Sequence record: ON528716
Reading direction: 5' to 3' (one strand)
Length of the DNA: 39,818 bases
DNA from: Shigella phage ESh2
Numbering within the stretch: position 1 is the stretch's first letter; the number at the start of each line of letters is the position of its first letter. The notes under the pieces are model-generated. The model was not told the DNA's origin. It did not search any database and saw nothing but the letters and a program-made list of their open reading frames with translations. The position numbers and the translations under genes are program-made. Positions 37,486 through 39,818 of this stretch are shown here, piece by piece.

Positions 37486-37929
37486 ATGCTGGAATTTTTA
37501 CGTAAGCTAATCCCTTGGGTTCTAGCTGGGATGCTATTCGGATGGGGATGGCACCTTGGGTCAGACTCAATGGACGCTAAATGGAAACAGGAGGTACAGA
37601 ATGAGTACGTTAAGAGAGTTGAGGCTACGGCGAGCACTCAAAGAGCAATCAATGAAATATCGGCTAAGTATCAAGAAGACCTTGCCGCGCTGGAGGGGAG
37701 CACTGATAGGATTATTTCTGATTTGCGTAGCGACAATAAGCGGTTGCGCGTCAGAGTCAAAACTACCGGAACCTCCGATGGTCAGTGTGGATTCGAGCCT
37801 GATGGTAGAGCCGAACTTGACGACCGAGATGCTAAGCGTATTCTCGCAGTGACCCAGAAGGGTGACGCATGGATTCGTGCGTTACAGGATACTATTCGTG
37901 AACTACAACGTAAGCAGGAAATCAAGTAA
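37486..37929 (+). CDS. 18.5: i-spanin (Rz-like)
   Basis: 147 aa; MLEFLRKLIPWVLAGMLFGWGWHLGSDSMDAKWKQE... N-terminal TM; matches T7 gp18.5. Confidence 0.95.
   Translation: MLEFLRKLIPWVLAGMLFGWGWHLGSDSMDAKWKQEVQNEYVKRVEATASTQRAINEISAKYQEDLAALEGSTDRIISDLRSDNKRLRVRVKTTGTSDGQCGFEPDGRAELDDRDAKRILAVTQKGDAWIRALQDTIRELQRKQEIK
37601..37852 (+). CDS. 18.7: o-spanin (Rz1-like lipoprotein) embedded in the +1 frame of 18.5
   Basis: 83 aa from ATG 37601 (SD ggagg); MSTLRELRLRRALKEQSMKYRLSIKKTLPRWRGALIGLFLICVATISGCASE... lipobox ISGC; matches T7 gp18.7. Confidence 0.85.
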   Translation: MSTLRELRLRRALKEQSMKYRLSIKKTLPRWRGALIGLFLICVATISGCASESKLPEPPMVSVDSSLMVEPNLTTEMLSVFSQ

Positions 37930-37938
37930 GGAGGCAAT

Positions 37939-39699
37939 GTGTCTACTCAAGCCAATCGTAATGCGCTCGTAGTGGCGCAACTGAAAGGAGACTTCGTGGC
38001 GTTCCTGTTCGTCTTATGGAAGGCGTTAAACCTTCCGGTGCCCACTAAGTGTCAGATTGACATGGCTAAGGTGCTGGCGAATGGGGACAACAAGAAGTTC
38101 ATCCTACAGGCTTTCCGTGGTATCGGTAAGTCGTTCATCACATGTGCGTTCGTTGTGTGGTCCTTATGGAGAGACCCTCAGTTGAAGATACTTATCGTAT
38201 CAGCCTCTAAGGAACGTGCAGACGCTAACTCCATCTTTATTAAGAACATCATTGACCTGCTGCCGTTCCTCGCTGAGTTAAAGCCAAGACCCGGACAGCG
38301 TGACTCTGTAATCAGCTTTGACGTTGGCCCAGCTAAGCCTGACCACTCTCCTAGTGTAAAATCGGTAGGTATCACTGGTCAGTTAACTGGTAGTCGTGCT
38401 GACATTATCATTGCGGATGACGTTGAGATTCCGTCTAACAGTGCGACTATGGGTGCCCGTGAGAAGCTATGGACTCTTGTTCAGGAGTTCGCTGCGTTAC
38501 TTAAACCGCTGCCGTCCTCTCGCGTTATCTACCTTGGTACGCCTCAGACAGAGATGACTCTCTATAAGGAACTTGAGGATAACCGTGGGTATACCACTAT
38601 CATCTGGCCTGCTCTGTACCCAAGGACGCGTGAAGAGAACCTCTATTACTCACAGCGTCTTGCTCCTATGTTACGCGCTGAGTACGATGAGAACCCTGAG
38701 GCACTAGCTGGGACTCCAACAGACCCTGTGCGCTTCGACCGTGATGACCTCCGTGAACGTGAGTTGGAATACGGTAAGGCTGGCTTCACATTACAGTTCA
38801 TGCTTAACCCGAACCTTAGTGATGCCGAGAAGTACCCTCTGAGGCTCCGTGACGCTATCGTAGCGGCCTTAGACTTAGAGAAGGCACCAATGCACTATCA
38901 GTGGCTTCCGAACCGTCAGAACATCATTGAGGACCTTCCTAACGTTGGCCTTAAGGGTGATGACCTTCATACGTATCACGATTGCTCCAACAACTCCGGT
39001 CAGTACCAACAGAAGATTCTGGTCATTGACCCCAGTGGTCGCGGTAAGGACGAAACAGGTTACGCTGTGTTGTACACCCTGAACGGTTACATCTACCTTA
39101 TGGAAGCTGGAGGTTTCCGTGATGGTTACTCCGATAAGACCCTTGAGTTGCTCGCTAAGAAAGCCAAGCAGTGGGGAGTCCAGACGGTTGTCTACGAGAG
39201 TAACTTCGGTGACGGTATGTTTGGTAAGGTGTTCAGTCCTATCCTCCTTAAACACCACAACTGTGCGATGGAAGAGATTCGCGCTCGTGGTATGAAAGAG
39301 ATGCGTATTTGTGATACCCTTGAGCCAGTCATGCAAACTCACCGCCTTGTCATTCGTGATGAGGTCATTAGGGCCGACTACCAGTCCGCTCGTGACGTAG
39401 ACGGTAAGCATGACGTTAAGTACTCGCTGTTCTACCAGATGACCCGTATCACTCGTGAGAAAGGCGCTCTGGCTCATGATGACCGATTGGATGCCCTTGC
39501 GTTAGGCATTGAGTATCTCCGCGAGTCCATGCAGTTGGATTCAGTTAAGGTCGAAGGTGAAGTACTTGCTGACTTCCTTGAGGAGCACATGATGCGTCCT
39601 ACAGTGTCTGCTGCCCACATCATTGAGATGTCTGTGGGAGGAGTTGATGTGTACTCTGAGGACGATGAGGGTTACGGTACGTCTTTCATTGAGTGGTGA
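37939..39699 (+). CDS. 19: terminase large subunit (DNA maturase B)
   Basis: 586 aa from GTG 37939 (SD aaggagg); [33 protein letters not shown]... Walker A-like GIGKS; matches T7 gp19. Confidence 0.98.
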   Translation: MSTQANRNALVVAQLKGDFVAFLFVLWKALNLPVPTKCQIDMAKVLANGDNKKFILQAFRGIGKSFITCAFVVWSLWRDPQLKILIVSASKERADANSIFIKNIIDLLPFLAELKPRPGQRDSVISFDVGPAKPDHSPSVKSVGITGQLTGSRADIIIADDVEIPSNSATMGAREKLWTLVQEFAALLKPLPSSRVIYLGTPQTEMTLYKELEDNRGYTTIIWPALYPRTREENLYYSQRLAPMLRAEYDENPEALAGTPTDPVRFDRDDLRERELEYGKAGFTLQFMLNPNLSDAEKYPLRLRDAIVAALDLEKAPMHYQWLPNRQNIIEDLPNVGLKGDDLHTYHDCSNNSGQYQQKILVIDPSGRGKDETGYAVLYTLNGYIYLMEAGGFRDGYSDKTLELLAKKAKQWGVQTVVYESNFGDGMFGKVFSPILLKHHNCAMEEIRARGMKEMRICDTLEPVMQTHRLVIRDEVIRADYQSARDVDGKHDVKYSLFYQMTRITREKGALAHDDRLDALALGIEYLRESMQLDSVKVEGEVLADFLEEHMMRPTVSAAHIIEMSVGGVDVYSEDDEGYGTSFIEW

Positions 39700-39792
39700 T
39701 TTATGCAGTTGGAGTGAATAAGGATTCATTATTGCCAAGGAAGGCACTTTTTGTACGATTACTTTAGAATCAGTAAGTTAGGCCCTCAAAAT

Positions 39793-39815
39793 TAATACGA
39801 CTCACTATAGGGAGA
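39793..39815 (+). promoter_or_regulatory. T7 RNAP promoter phiOR (right-end promoter; its transcript continues across the window boundary into position 1)
   Basis: taatacgactcactatagggaga; window end ...gggagagga joins window start gggacgaaagg... to recreate the T7 phiOR leader. Confidence 0.9.
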
Positions 39816-39818
39816 GGA

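Overview
This window is a complete, circularly permuted genome of a T7-group podophage (Autographiviridae, T7-like). The window end and start join seamlessly inside the right-end promoter phiOR and its leader (…ctcactatagggagagga + gggacgaaagg…), so the 39,818 bp behave as a circular assembly with one collapsed copy of the terminal repeat; the physical left end is near position 542. All recognisable genes are on the + strand in T7 order: 19.5, then 0.3 to 19. I found all 17 T7-RNAP promoters (taatacgactcactataggga class), the early E. coli promoters A1-A3, terminators TE and Tphi, and a dispersed family of RNase III hairpins. Protein identities were assigned by reading the ORF-track translations against T7/T3 proteins recalled from memory; no database search was run. 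Lengths, sequences and gene content quoted for T7 are also from memory. The backbone is near-identical to T7 but carries several accessory differences. Gene 0.3 is a T3-type SAM-cleaving enzyme rather than T7 Ocr. There are three paralogous HNH homing-endonuclease genes: one between genes 3 and 3.5, one at 7.7, and one between genes 15 and 16. T7 genes 2.8, 3.8 and 5.3 have no counterpart. Gene 1.7 appears N-terminally shortened. Gene 4.7 is interrupted by an in-frame amber codon. The most notable feature is a replaced distal domain of tail fibre gp17 followed by an extra Tfa-like tail-fibre assembly chaperone gene, an apparent imported host-range cassette.
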